A stretch of DNA of 64,000 nt from positions 1,224,667-1,288,666 of the forward strand of contig CAWCCZ010000003.1 in NCBI GenBank assembly GCA_963794275.1. Reading direction: 5' to 3'. Both the position numbers and the translations under genes were made by a program. The stretch comes from an uncultured Solirubrobacteraceae bacterium. GTDB lineage: Bacteria; Actinomycetota; Thermoleophilia; Solirubrobacterales; Solirubrobacteraceae. Below are positions 18,121 through 27,747 of the stretch, one piece after another. The notes under the pieces are model-generated. The model searched no databases. It was not told the origin of the DNA and was given only the letters and a program-made list of their open reading frames with translations. How positions within the stretch are numbered: position 1 is the first letter of the stretch; each line of letters opens with the position of its first letter.

Positions 18121-18339
18121 TTGGCAAAGGAGGACAAGGTTGAATTCGAGGGCGAGGTGATCGAGGCGCTGCCGAACGCGATGTTCCGCGTGAAGCTCGA
18201 CAACGAGCACGTCGTCCTTGGGCACGTCGCCGGCAAGATGCGACGCTTTCGCATCCGCATCCTGCCGGGAGATCGCGTGCGCGTCGAGCTCTCTCCGTAT
18301 GACCTGGACCGAGCGCGGATCGTCTACAGGCACCGCTGA
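18121..18339 (+). CDS. infA: Translation initiation factor IF-1
   Basis: (M)[23 protein letters not shown]...[25 protein letters not shown]; 72 aa from a TTG start. Confidence 0.97.
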   Translation: MAKEDKVEFEGEVIEALPNAMFRVKLDNEHVVLGHVAGKMRRFRIRILPGDRVRVELSPYDLDRARIVYRHR

Positions 18340-19355
18340 AGGCAACGCCCGAGCTCTCCCTGATCGAATCCATCGCGGCAGAGCTGGCCGCCTCGGCGAA
18401 CGCCAGCTCTCGTGCCGGCGATGCGCATTCCTCGAAGCTTCTACGCGGGATCGGCGATGACGCGGCGGTGGTGGTTGCACGGCCGCTGTGCGTGACCTCG
18501 GTGGACGCGATGGTGCAGGACGTGCACTTCCGCCTCAACGACGGCTGGGCGACGCCCGCGGAGGTCGGCTGGCGCGCGCTCGCCGGTGCGCTGTCTGACC
18601 TTGCCGCGATGGGCGCCGATCCGGGCGAGGCCTACATCGTGCTCGGCATCCCACCGCGCTTCACACAGGCGCGAGCGCTCGAGCTCGTGCGCTCGGCGAG
18701 CGAGCTGGCGGCACGCACCCAGACGATCATCGCGGGCGGCGACGTGGTCGGCGCGCCCGTGCTCACCGTGTCGGTCACCGCCGTCGGATGGGCCGAGCGC
18801 GCCGAGCAGCTCGTCGGGCGCGACGGGGCCGTGCCGGGCGATCTGGTCGGCGTCACCGGCAGCCTTGGCGGCGCCGGAGCCGCGCTCGCGGTGCTCGAAA
18901 AGCGGGCCTCGCGCAGTGCCGCGGCCGAGCCTGCGCTGGCGAGGGCGCGGCAACCATGGCCGCGCCTTGCCGAGGGCCGTGCCCTGGCGGCGGCCGGCGT
19001 GCACGCCATGATCGACCTGTCCGACGGCCTCGCCACCGACGCAGCGCACATCGGCCGCGCCAGCGAGGTGAGCCTGCGCATCGATCTCGCATCGCTGCCA
19101 CTCGCCCCGGGAGTCGCGGAGGTCTGCGCGGAGCTCGGCGAGCAGCCCGCGACGATGGCCGCTGCGTCGGGCGAAGACTACGAGCTGTGTTTCTGCGCAG
19201 CGCCCGCCGAGCGCGCCCGGGTTGAGCGGGCGGCGCACGAGGCGGGGGCGTCGCTCACCTGGGTCGGCGAGGTGCTCGAGGGAGCGCCGGGGGCGACGCT
19301 AAGAGGAGAGCGGGGGGAGGACCTGCGGATTGAGGGGTACGAGCACCGCTGGTAG
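18336..19355 (+). CDS. thiL: Thiamine-monophosphate kinase; true start appears non-canonical
   Basis: Motifs ELSLI..., [26 protein letters not shown] and GEDYEL. Confidence 0.88.
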   Translation: MKATPELSLIESIAAELAASANASSRAGDAHSSKLLRGIGDDAAVVVARPLCVTSVDAMVQDVHFRLNDGWATPAEVGWRALAGALSDLAAMGADPGEAYIVLGIPPRFTQARALELVRSASELAARTQTIIAGGDVVGAPVLTVSVTAVGWAERAEQLVGRDGAVPGDLVGVTGSLGGAGAALAVLEKRASRSAAAEPALARARQPWPRLAEGRALAAAGVHAMIDLSDGLATDAAHIGRASEVSLRIDLASLPLAPGVAEVCAELGEQPATMAAASGEDYELCFCAAPAERARVERAAHEAGASLTWVGEVLEGAPGATLRGERGEDLRIEGYEHRW

Positions 19356-20312
19356 CGGCCGAGGGCTGGAGCTCGGCGGATGCGCCCGCGGCGCCGCGAT
19401 CGGTCGCGGCGTCTCGCCGCCCGGGAGCCTTGCGGCGGCGCCCACCGGCACGGTGCGCGCCAGCCTCGCGTAGACCAGCAGCCGTTTTTCGGCGCTGTAC
19501 AGGGGAGTGCAGGCGGATAACACGAGCCGGCTGTAGCCGACTTCGGCGACCGCCGCCTGCACGTCGTAGGGCGAGACCACGCGCTGGCCCGTGACGGTAT
19601 AGGTGAAGTGCGCGTAGGGCATGTCGAGCGCGATCTTCGAGCCGGGCCTGAGCGCGTCGATGTGGCGGAACGGCGCAAGGAAGGTCGTACGGTGCCCAGC
19701 GATCGCGGTCGTCCCGCCGAGGCCGGGAAAGCGGGTCTGCGGGTACACGCCGGGGCCGCTCTCGAGCGCGCTGGTGTTGGTCCCGAAGACCACCACGAAG
19801 TTCGCGCCGATACGGGGGATCGAGATGCGCCCCACCGCGCTGCCGACGCCGGCGTGGCTTTGCAGCGTGCGTGCCAGCAGCGCGATGCGCGCCTGCTCGT
19901 CGGCCAGCGACGCGAGGGTACGCCGCACCAGCGGAGCGGGCACGGCACGTTCCTCGGTGCGGAGCGCGTCGCGCAGGCCCGACTGGCGCAGTTTCGCGTA
20001 CAGCGCCGAGATCGGCTCCTGCCACACGAACGTGACCGCCGCGTCGATCAGGACCAGCACCCCGAACAGCATCAGCACGTACGCGAGCACCCGCGAGAGC
20101 CTCGCCGAACGGGACCTCCGTGCAGGGCTCGTCCGCGGCCGGTTCGAGCCGGCCGCCGAGCGGTCCGCGTCCTTGCCCACATCCGCGTCCCGCGAGCTGT
20201 CGAGCCTGAGCACGACCACGCGGTCCTCATGTTCATCCACCAAGCGGACGTCAGACCCGCTCGGGACATCGTTTTTGCGCGGCCGGCGCGTAGTCCAGGC
20301 CATCTCGTGCAC
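19299..20312 (-). CDS. Class E sortase
   Basis: TM anchor; AGHRTT; LSACTP...KR gives the His-Cys-Arg triad. Confidence 0.88.
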   Translation of the reverse strand: MHEMAWTTRRPRKNDVPSGSDVRLVDEHEDRVVVLRLDSSRDADVGKDADRSAAGSNRPRTSPARRSRSARLSRVLAYVLMLFGVLVLIDAAVTFVWQEPISALYAKLRQSGLRDALRTEERAVPAPLVRRTLASLADEQARIALLARTLQSHAGVGSAVGRISIPRIGANFVVVFGTNTSALESGPGVYPQTRFPGLGGTTAIAGHRTTFLAPFRHIDALRPGSKIALDMPYAHFTYTVTGQRVVSPYDVQAAVAEVGYSRLVLSACTPLYSAEKRLLVYARLARTVPVGAAARLPGGETPRPIAAPRAHPPSSSPRPLPAVLVPLNPQVLPPLSS

Positions 20313-20330
20313 GTAACGGATTATGGCTAC

Positions 20331-22114
20331 TCAGCGGTGCAGTGCCGACTCGGTGCCGCCGAGCGACCCCGGTCCGGCGTAGGAGAGCGGCCCGCGAATC
20401 GAGATCTCGATCGGATCACCAGTTGCGCTCTCCTCGCGGACCGCAGGCCGCCTGAGCGCGAGCATCGCCGCGACGACCGCGCAGCCGAGCGCGAGGCTCC
20501 ACAGCACCGCCGTGCCCAGGCCGACGTGCCCACCCGAGAGCAACAGCACGACCATCCACGCGCTCGCGCCCACGCCGAGTCCGAGCGCGTGGGAGTAGAA
20601 GGCGACGAGCAGCAGCGCCGGTGCGGCGCCCGCCATCACGAGCACGGCCGAGATCACCCTCCGCGGCCGCAGACCCGCCGCGAGCAGCAGCCACAGGTGC
20701 AGCGCCGGGACGAGCAGCAGCGCGGCAAACGGGTTGCTCACCCAGGCGACGAAGGCGACCCCCAGCAGCACGAGCAGCATCGGCACGGCGGCGGCCTCGG
20801 CGTCCCCTCGCGGGCGAATACGTCGCGCCAGCTCACGCCACAACAGCCAGGCGAGCACGAAGATCAGCAGGAGCGCGCCGATGGCCTTGTAAGCAACCGC
20901 GCCGGTGTGGAGCGCAGCGGACGCGACCGGCGCGGGCGGCGCCGGGATCGCTCCGCTCAGCCCGAGCAGGCGTGCGAGCAGCGCGCACGCCACGAACGGC
21001 ATGGCGCAGCTGAGCGTCCATAGCGTCCAGCGCGCCACAGGAACGCGCCGGCGCCGCAGCCGCGCGAGCCCGTCGAGGGCGACGATCGCGGGCCCGAGCA
21101 GCAGCATCAGCGCGAGCAGGCGCACCGCCCAGGCGGGCAGCGTCTTGTGCGCAAGCACCACGCTCGTCTCGGCCGCCGGCGAGACATCGGGCGCACCGTC
21201 GAGAGCATCGACGGCGGCGAGCACGCCGCGGCCAAGCCCTTCGAGGCGTTCGCTGCTCACCGCCTCCGATGCCGAGGGGCCGCGTTCGCCGGAGGCCTGC
21301 AGGAGCACCGCCGGTATCCCGGCGGCATTGAGCGGCCCCTGCTCGCCGGTCGTGAACGGTACGGCGAGGTGCGCGAGCTGACCGAGCGTGCTCGGCGAGC
21401 CCGGATGGATCTGGGCCTGCGCTGCGATCGCGTCGCTGACGGTGCGCTGGAGTACCAGCGGCGCGGTGCCGTAGCCGTCGGAGTAGGGCACCACGAGCGG
21501 TGCGCGCAGCCGCTCGCCGGCGAGATCGCCGAGCACGATCGCGGCATCGAGCGGCACGTGCAGGCCGGCGGCGAGCGAGCTGACGCCGGCGCCTCCAGCA
21601 CCGCCCGCGTCGGTGGAGGCGATGATGATCGTGCGCCTGGTCGCGCGCGAGGCGAACACGCGGGCGAGCTCGAGCAGGACCGCTGTCCCCGACAGCTCCG
21701 CCCGCGAGCCGGCCGCGGAGGCGTCGCGATGCGCGAGTAGCAGGATCGGACTGGCGTTGGTCGAGCCGGGTCGCTGCGCGATCACCGTGAGCAGCTGGCG
21801 CGAACCTTCGACCGTGTCGCCTTCGTAGCTTTCGAGGCGCACCGAGAATCCGCCGCGCGTTGGGGCCGCCGAGGCCTTTCAGCTCGCGCGCGAGGTGCGC
21901 CGCGAGCCGCTCGTCGCCCACGCTGCCCGGACGTCGGTCGGGATACGCGCGGGCGAGCTGGGAGAGCTCGGAGAACGCCCTCGTGCCGTCGAACGCGTCG
22001 GGCGCGAGGGTCGAGGTGTCGCCGTGGCCACGCGCGCCGAGCGAAAACGCGGCCACGACGAGCGCGAGCACGAGCGGCACGAAGGCCAAGACGGTAGAGG
22101 CGGCCGTTGAGCAT
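20331..22114 (-). CDS. Degenerate M28-peptidase-fold protein with N-terminal TM and multi-TM C-terminus, frameshifted (~21850, ~22090)
   Basis: MLNGRLYR start; motifs FDGTRAF, RRPGS, LLLAHRD and SGTAVLLELAR; about 7 C-terminal TM segments. Confidence 0.65.
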
Positions 22115-22255
22115 GCGAGCTAAGACCTTAGTCAGACTGCGCGCCGCGGCACCGCGTGCAATGCCGCAACATGCGCCCTCGACGGGGCCGCCCGGAAAGC
22201 ACTCGAGGGCGCGCATCGCCCGCGCTTTGGCGCGGTTTAGGTATCGTGCCGCCGC

Positions 22256-23488
22256 GTGCTCCAGCCGGTAGCAGTAGGCCACAAGGCGCTCGCCGATTAC
22301 ACCCACATCTGCGGTCGCGCGCTGATCGCCGAAATCCGCGAGCTGGCCGAGCCGCTCGCGGGCAAGAAGGTCGTGCACATCTCCGCCACCGCCTTCGGCG
22401 GCGGGGTCTCGGAGATCCTCTACGCGCTCGTGCCGCTGATGCGCGACGTGGGCCTGGAGTGCGAGTGGCAGGTCATCTACGGTCGCGAAGAGTTCTTCAA
22501 CGCAACCAAGCTCATGCACAACGCGCTGCAGGGAGCGCCGCAGGACCTCGACGAGGAGCAGTGGGCGACGTGGCTGCGCTTCGGCGAGATCAACGCGCGC
22601 GAGCTCAGCGACGGATGGGACGTCGCGCTCGTGCACGATCCGCAGCCGGCCGCGCTGCGCCAGCTCGTCCCCGAGAAGGCGCGAGGCTGGGTGTGGCGAT
22701 GCCACATAGACCTCTCGACTCCCAACCCCCGCACGATCGCGCGACTGCTGCCCTACATCGGGCTCTACTCGCATTCGCTGTTTCACATGCGCGAGTACGT
22801 TCCGAAGGGGATGGGCGGGAATGTGCACGTGGTGCCGCCCGCGATCGACCCGCTCACGCCGAAGAACATGGCGCTCTCCCCCGAAGACGCGGCCTTCGTG
22901 TGCGGGCAGTTCGGTATCGATGTGGACCGGCCGCTGATGTGCCAGGTCTCGCGCTTTGACCCATGGAAGGACCCGCTCGGGGTGATCGACGCCTACCGCG
23001 TCGTGAAGAAAGCGATGCCCGATGTGCAACTCGCGCTGGTCGGCTCGATGGCGAGCGACGACCCCGAGGGATGGGATTTCTTCAACGCCACGATCGCCCA
23101 TGCCGACGGCGATCCCGACATTCACATCCTCAACAACTTCAACAACGTCGGAGCGATCGAGGTGAACGCGTTCCAGTCGCACTCCGATGTGCTGATCCAG
23201 AAGTCCACGCGTGAGGGCTTCGGGCTGACCGTGTCGGAGGCGATCTGGAAGGGGCGCCCGTTCGTGGGCGGGAACGTCGGCGGCATTCCCCTGCAGATCG
23301 AAGACGGCATCACCGGCTTCCTCGTCTCGACCGCCGAGGAGTGCGCCGAGCGCACGCTTGAGATCATCGAAGACCCGGAGCTGGGACGGGCGCTCGGGCG
23401 GCGCGGAAAGGAGCATGTGCGCGAGCATTTCCTTATGCCCCGCTATCTGCGAGATTACCTACGCATCTTCCACGAGCTAGGGACATGA
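22256..23488 (+). CDS. treT: TreT-like trehalose glycosyltransferring synthase (GT4)
   Basis: Motifs GGGVSEIL, TKLMHNALQG, HDPQP, WRCHID, SRFDPWKD and QKSTREGFGLTVSEA. Confidence 0.85.
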   Translation: MLQPVAVGHKALADYTHICGRALIAEIRELAEPLAGKKVVHISATAFGGGVSEILYALVPLMRDVGLECEWQVIYGREEFFNATKLMHNALQGAPQDLDEEQWATWLRFGEINARELSDGWDVALVHDPQPAALRQLVPEKARGWVWRCHIDLSTPNPRTIARLLPYIGLYSHSLFHMREYVPKGMGGNVHVVPPAIDPLTPKNMALSPEDAAFVCGQFGIDVDRPLMCQVSRFDPWKDPLGVIDAYRVVKKAMPDVQLALVGSMASDDPEGWDFFNATIAHADGDPDIHILNNFNNVGAIEVNAFQSHSDVLIQKSTREGFGLTVSEAIWKGRPFVGGNVGGIPLQIEDGITGFLVSTAEECAERTLEIIEDPELGRALGRRGKEHVREHFLMPRYLRDYLRIFHELGT

Positions 23489-24951
23489 GCAGCGGACCGG
23501 CACAGCGAGCCTCGCTTGTGCTGGTGAGCAACCGCGGTCCGGTGACCTTCCATGCGGGCGGCGAGGTGCAGCGCGGCTCAGGCGGACTGGTGACCGCGCT
23601 GACCGGGATCGCCTCGCATCGCGAAGGCACCTGGATCGCCTCGGCGATGAACGAGTACGACGCGGCGGTCTCGCGCGAAAACGGCGGCAGGGCCTTCCCC
23701 GTGCGCTCACCCGACGGCGGCGAATACGACGTGCGCCTCGTCGTCAGCGAGCCGGAGGCCTACGACCGCTTCTACAACGTGTTCGCGAACCCGATGCTGT
23801 GGTTCATCCAGCATTATCTGTGGGACCTCTCCAATGCGCCGGACATCCGGCGCGGCGAGATCGAGGCGTTCGAGTTCGGCTACAACGTCGTCAACGAGGA
23901 CCTCGCGCGCGCGGTCGTCGAGGAGATCGAAGACCACGAGCAGCCTGTGGTGATGGTGCACGACTATCACCTCTACACGCTGCCGGACCTCGTGCGCCGG
24001 GCCCGGCCGGACGTGTTCCTGCACCACTTCGTGCACATCCCGTGGACGCAGCCCGATTCCTGGCGGGTGCTGCCCTCGCGCATCCGCTACGAGATCTTCG
24101 CGGGCCTGCTGGCCAACGACATCATCGGCTTTCACACGCGCCCCTACAGGCACAACTTCCTGCAGTGCTGCCGCGATTTGATGAGCCTCGACGTCGACTT
24201 CGAGCGCGGCATCGTCCGCTTCGGCGAGCGCGAAGTGTGGGTCAGGGCATACCCCCTGCCGATCGACCACAAGGCGACGCGCCTGCTCGCGCAGCGCGAT
24301 CGCGTAAGACACTTCGAGCGCGAGCTGCTGCGCCGCCGCCGCGACTTCCTGATCCTGCGCGTGGACCGTGCGGATCTCTCGAAGAATGTGCTGCGCGGCT
24401 TCTCGGCGTTCGACCTGTTCCTCGAGCAGCACCCTGAGTTCAACGAGCGCGTGACGTTCCTGGCGCAGATGATGCCCTCGCGAACCGACGTGCCCCAGTA
24501 CGCCGAGTACCTGGAGCGCATCGAGGCGCTGGTCGCAGTAGTGAACCACCGGCACGGCACGCCGGACTGGATGCCGATCCAGCTGAAGCTGCGCGACGAT
24601 CTCGAGGAGGCGGTCGCGGCGTACAAGCATTACGACGTGCTGATCGTCAATGCGATGTTCGACGGGATGAACCTCGTTGCCAAGGAGGGGCCGCTCGTCA
24701 ACGAACGCGACGGCGTCTCGATCCTCTCCGAGAACACCGGCGCCCACGAGGAGCTCGGCTCCTACGCGCTCTCCGTGAACCCGTTCGACATTCAGGAGAC
24801 TGCCGACTCGATCTACGCCGCTCTGACGATGGACCCGGGCGAGCGCCGCCGCCGCGCGCAGGGACTCGCGGAGATCGTCACCTCACGCGACCCCGGCGAC
24901 TGGATCGACGAGCAGCTCGCGGACATCGGAGCGAAGGCGAGGACCCGCTAG
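23485..24951 (+). CDS. otsA: Trehalose-6-phosphate synthase (GT20)
   Basis: Motifs SNRGP, GGLV, HDYHL, HIPW and DGMNLVAKEG. Confidence 0.85.
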   Translation: MSSGPAQRASLVLVSNRGPVTFHAGGEVQRGSGGLVTALTGIASHREGTWIASAMNEYDAAVSRENGGRAFPVRSPDGGEYDVRLVVSEPEAYDRFYNVFANPMLWFIQHYLWDLSNAPDIRRGEIEAFEFGYNVVNEDLARAVVEEIEDHEQPVVMVHDYHLYTLPDLVRRARPDVFLHHFVHIPWTQPDSWRVLPSRIRYEIFAGLLANDIIGFHTRPYRHNFLQCCRDLMSLDVDFERGIVRFGEREVWVRAYPLPIDHKATRLLAQRDRVRHFERELLRRRRDFLILRVDRADLSKNVLRGFSAFDLFLEQHPEFNERVTFLAQMMPSRTDVPQYAEYLERIEALVAVVNHRHGTPDWMPIQLKLRDDLEEAVAAYKHYDVLIVNAMFDGMNLVAKEGPLVNERDGVSILSENTGAHEELGSYALSVNPFDIQETADSIYAALTMDPGERRRRAQGLAEIVTSRDPGDWIDEQLADIGAKARTR

Positions 24952-24971
24952 TCTTTTGCCCTGCGAAGCGC

Positions 24972-25436
24972 ATGAGCCAGTCCCCTCCGATATATGACCT
25001 CACCCTCGTGCTCGACCCACGTGTCGAGGAGAGCGCACGCGCCAAGATCGTGGCCGACGCAGTCTCCGCCGTGCAGGCCCAGGGTGAGCTCCTCCGCCAC
25101 GACGAGTGGGGCGAGCGACAGCTCGCCTACCCGATCGAGCGCAGTTCGAGCGGCGAGTACCACCTGCTGCAGTTCCACGCGGGCAACGTGAACCTGCTGA
25201 GTGAGCTGAACCACACCCTGCACATCACCGACGGCATCCTGCGCTTCCGCCTGATCAAGCTGCGCCCGGGAGTCCCGGAGGCGCCGGACATGGGCTCGGC
25301 GAGCGCCGCCAGGCCGGCCGAGCAGGCGCCCGCGCCGGCGGCAGGCGAGCCACCGGACGCGGTCGCTGCGCCGCAGGAGGGCGACGCTCCCGACAGCGCT
25401 CCGGCTGCGCAGGAGGCGGTCGGGGAGCCCGCCTAG
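24972..25436 (+). CDS. rpsF: 30S ribosomal protein S6
   Basis: Motifs WGERQLAYPI and ILRFRLIK, with an acidic/Pro-rich tail. Confidence 0.92.
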   Translation: MSQSPPIYDLTLVLDPRVEESARAKIVADAVSAVQAQGELLRHDEWGERQLAYPIERSSSGEYHLLQFHAGNVNLLSELNHTLHITDGILRFRLIKLRPGVPEAPDMGSASAARPAEQAPAPAAGEPPDAVAAPQEGDAPDSAPAAQEAVGEPA

Positions 25437-25441
25437 AGATC

Positions 25442-26098
25442 ATGGGGTGGGCCGAGGACATGGGAGACGGGTCGGCGAACCGGAGGACCGACGTGCTGCG
25501 AGCCTCCCCGCCGATGTTCGACTCGCGCCTGCTCGATTCGCTCTCGCGAGTGCATCCGGCAGTGCCGGTTCTGATCTTCGCCCCCGCGATCACCTTGATG
25601 GCCGCGTGGGGGCTCTCGAAGCTGAGCGTGCCAGCAGCCGCGGGGCTCGCGCTGGCGGGGTACGCGCTGTGGACCCTGTTCGAGTACTGGCTACACCGGC
25701 TCGTCTTCCACTTCGAGCCCCAGGACGGGTTCGGCGCACGCTTTCACTGGATCATCCACGGCGTGCACCATGACCACCCCAACGACCCGCTGCGGCTGGT
25801 GATGCCCCCGGCCGTGAGCGTGCCCCTCGCGGCGCTGATCTTCGGCATCCTCTACCTGCTGTTCGGGTCGCGCTACGCGCCGGCGATCGCGGCGGGTTTC
25901 TTCGCCGGCTACCTGATCTACGACATGACCCACTACTACCTGCACCACTTCCGTCCGCGCGGCCCGCTGGGGCGCATGCTGCGCGAGCGCCACATGCGCC
26001 ATCACTTCCAGGACGACACGCGCGGCTTCGGCATCAGCGCTCCGTACTGGGACGAGGTCTTCCACACCTCGCCACGCGCGAAGCGTTCTTCGCAATAA
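25442..26098 (+). CDS. Fatty acid hydroxylase/sterol desaturase family (FA2H/Scs7-like)
   Basis: His boxes EYWLHRLVFH, IHGVHH, HYYLHH and HMRHH; RLVMPP. Confidence 0.9.
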   Translation: MGWAEDMGDGSANRRTDVLRASPPMFDSRLLDSLSRVHPAVPVLIFAPAITLMAAWGLSKLSVPAAAGLALAGYALWTLFEYWLHRLVFHFEPQDGFGARFHWIIHGVHHDHPNDPLRLVMPPAVSVPLAALIFGILYLLFGSRYAPAIAAGFFAGYLIYDMTHYYLHHFRPRGPLGRMLRERHMRHHFQDDTRGFGISAPYWDEVFHTSPRAKRSSQ

Positions 26099-26219
26099 GC
26101 GTGCTTGCGGAGCGCGCGCTCGAAGGAGGCGCCCGCGGCCCGCTCTAGACTCGACGCAGTAGCCCTGAGGGCTCATACGCCCCGCCGCACGGGCGCCGAA
26201 CAAGCTGAAAGGACACGCA

Positions 26220-26705
26220 GTGGCCGCCACCAACATCAACAGAGTCGTGATGACAGGAAACCTGACCGCCGACCCGGAGCTGCGCTCGCTGCCGAGCGGC
26301 ACCTCGGTGTGCAAGCTGCGCATTGCCTGCAACACGCGCCGCAAGAACGGGAGCACCGGCGAATGGGAGGACAAGCCCAACTACTTCGACGTGACCGTGT
26401 GGGGAGCGCAGGGCGAGAACGCGGCGCGCTATTTGACCAAGGGCAGGCCGGTCGCGATCGACGGACGCCTGGAGTGGCGCGAGTGGGAAGCCCAGGACGG
26501 CAGCAAACGGCAGGCAACCGATATCATTGCCGACTCGGTGCAGTTCCTGGGCTCGCGCGAAGACGGCTCCGGTGCAGGCGCTCCGGTCGCAGATCGGCAG
26601 GCCTACAACGGATCCTCTGACGGCGGCGAGATCCCCGTGGACCAGGGGGACTACCAGCCCGCGCCGGCCACCGGCGGCACCGGTGACGACGACATTCCGT
26701 TCTAG
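26220..26705 (+). CDS. ssb: Single-stranded DNA-binding protein
   Basis: INRVVMTGNLTADPELR; C-terminal DDDIPF. Confidence 0.97.
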   Translation: MAATNINRVVMTGNLTADPELRSLPSGTSVCKLRIACNTRRKNGSTGEWEDKPNYFDVTVWGAQGENAARYLTKGRPVAIDGRLEWREWEAQDGSKRQATDIIADSVQFLGSREDGSGAGAPVADRQAYNGSSDGGEIPVDQGDYQPAPATGGTGDDDIPF

Positions 26706-26776
26706 CCACAGACAGCGAGGATCTTCGTGCATTCAACCGCAGCCAAGTCCCAGCGCACCCTGCGCGGTGAGCGCTG

Positions 26777-27100
26777 ATGGCCAAAGCGCGTGGTCGCGGC
26801 AAGCCGGTTCGCCGGCGCGACAAGAAGGGCGGCCCGGGGAGCGGCAGGCGCAAGCCGTGCCAGCACTGCCGCGACAAGGTTGACCAGGTCGACTACAAGG
26901 ACGTCGCGTCGCTGCGGAAGTTCATCTCCGAGAAGGGCAAGATCCGCTCCCGGCGCATCACGGGTTCGTGCAGGCGCCACCAGGTGCAGATCGCGCGCGC
27001 GGTCAAGCGGGCGCGCGAGCTCGCGCTGCTCCCGTACGTGAACGAGGGCGGCCGCGACGACAACCCCCGTCGCGAGCGCGACCGAGACCGCGAACGCTAG
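26777..27100 (+). CDS. rpsR: 30S ribosomal protein S18 (Cys-containing, Zn-type)
   Basis: Motifs [18 protein letters not shown] and [13 protein letters not shown]. Confidence 0.96.
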   Translation: MAKARGRGKPVRRRDKKGGPGSGRRKPCQHCRDKVDQVDYKDVASLRKFISEKGKIRSRRITGSCRRHQVQIARAVKRARELALLPYVNEGGRDDNPRRERDRDRER

Positions 27101-27142
27101 AGATGGCGCGCAGTCTCGTGTCTGGCGCCGGGGAGCGCTGAG

Positions 27143-27595
27143 GTGCCCGAAGCGATCCTGCTCAAGGACGTCGAGGAGCTCGGCGAGCGCGGTTCGGTGG
27201 TCGACGTCTCGAAGGGCTACCTGCGCAACTACCTGATCCCGCGCAAGCTCGCAGAGCCGGCGACGCGCGGGGCGATCGAGACCGTACGCCAGCGCCAGGC
27301 CGCGGCCGAGCGGGCGGCGCGCGAAGCGGTGGAGCGTGCGCAGGAGAACATCGGCCTGCTCAACCGCACGGTGCTCACGATCCAGCAGCAGGCCGGCGCC
27401 GACGGTCGCCTGTTCGGCTCCGTGACCGCGCAGGACATCGCCAGCGCGATCCGCGAAGCGCGCGGCCTGCGCATCGACAAACGCAACGTGCACCTGCCCG
27501 AGCCGATCAAGAACGTGGGCACCTACATGGTCGTGGTCGAGGTGGTCGAGAACGAGACCGCCACGGTCAAGACGATGGTCGTCGCGAAGAGCTAG
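27143..27595 (+). CDS. rplI: 50S ribosomal protein L9
   Basis: Motifs GYLRNYLIP and GRLFGSVT. Confidence 0.96.
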   Translation: MPEAILLKDVEELGERGSVVDVSKGYLRNYLIPRKLAEPATRGAIETVRQRQAAAERAAREAVERAQENIGLLNRTVLTIQQQAGADGRLFGSVTAQDIASAIREARGLRIDKRNVHLPEPIKNVGTYMVVVEVVENETATVKTMVVAKS

Positions 27596-27599
27596 CGCA

Positions 27600-27613
27600 C
27601 GAACGCACGTTCG
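27600..27613. promoter_or_regulatory. LexA/SOS box (Gram-positive type) upstream of dnaB
   Basis: CGAAC-GCAC-GTTCG is a perfect CGAAC-N4-GTTCG in the rplI-dnaB intergenic region. Confidence 0.65.
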
Positions 27614-27747
27614 ATCCGAGGCGGCGGGCACACTTGCGGTGTGCACGTACGGTGCTCGCGAACTTGCCCGCGGGAATTCTGCCGAGTTAGCGGAGAGGGC
27701 TGCCGGCGCGCCGGGCTCCCAGATCTAGACTCGGCCTCCTCCTCGTC

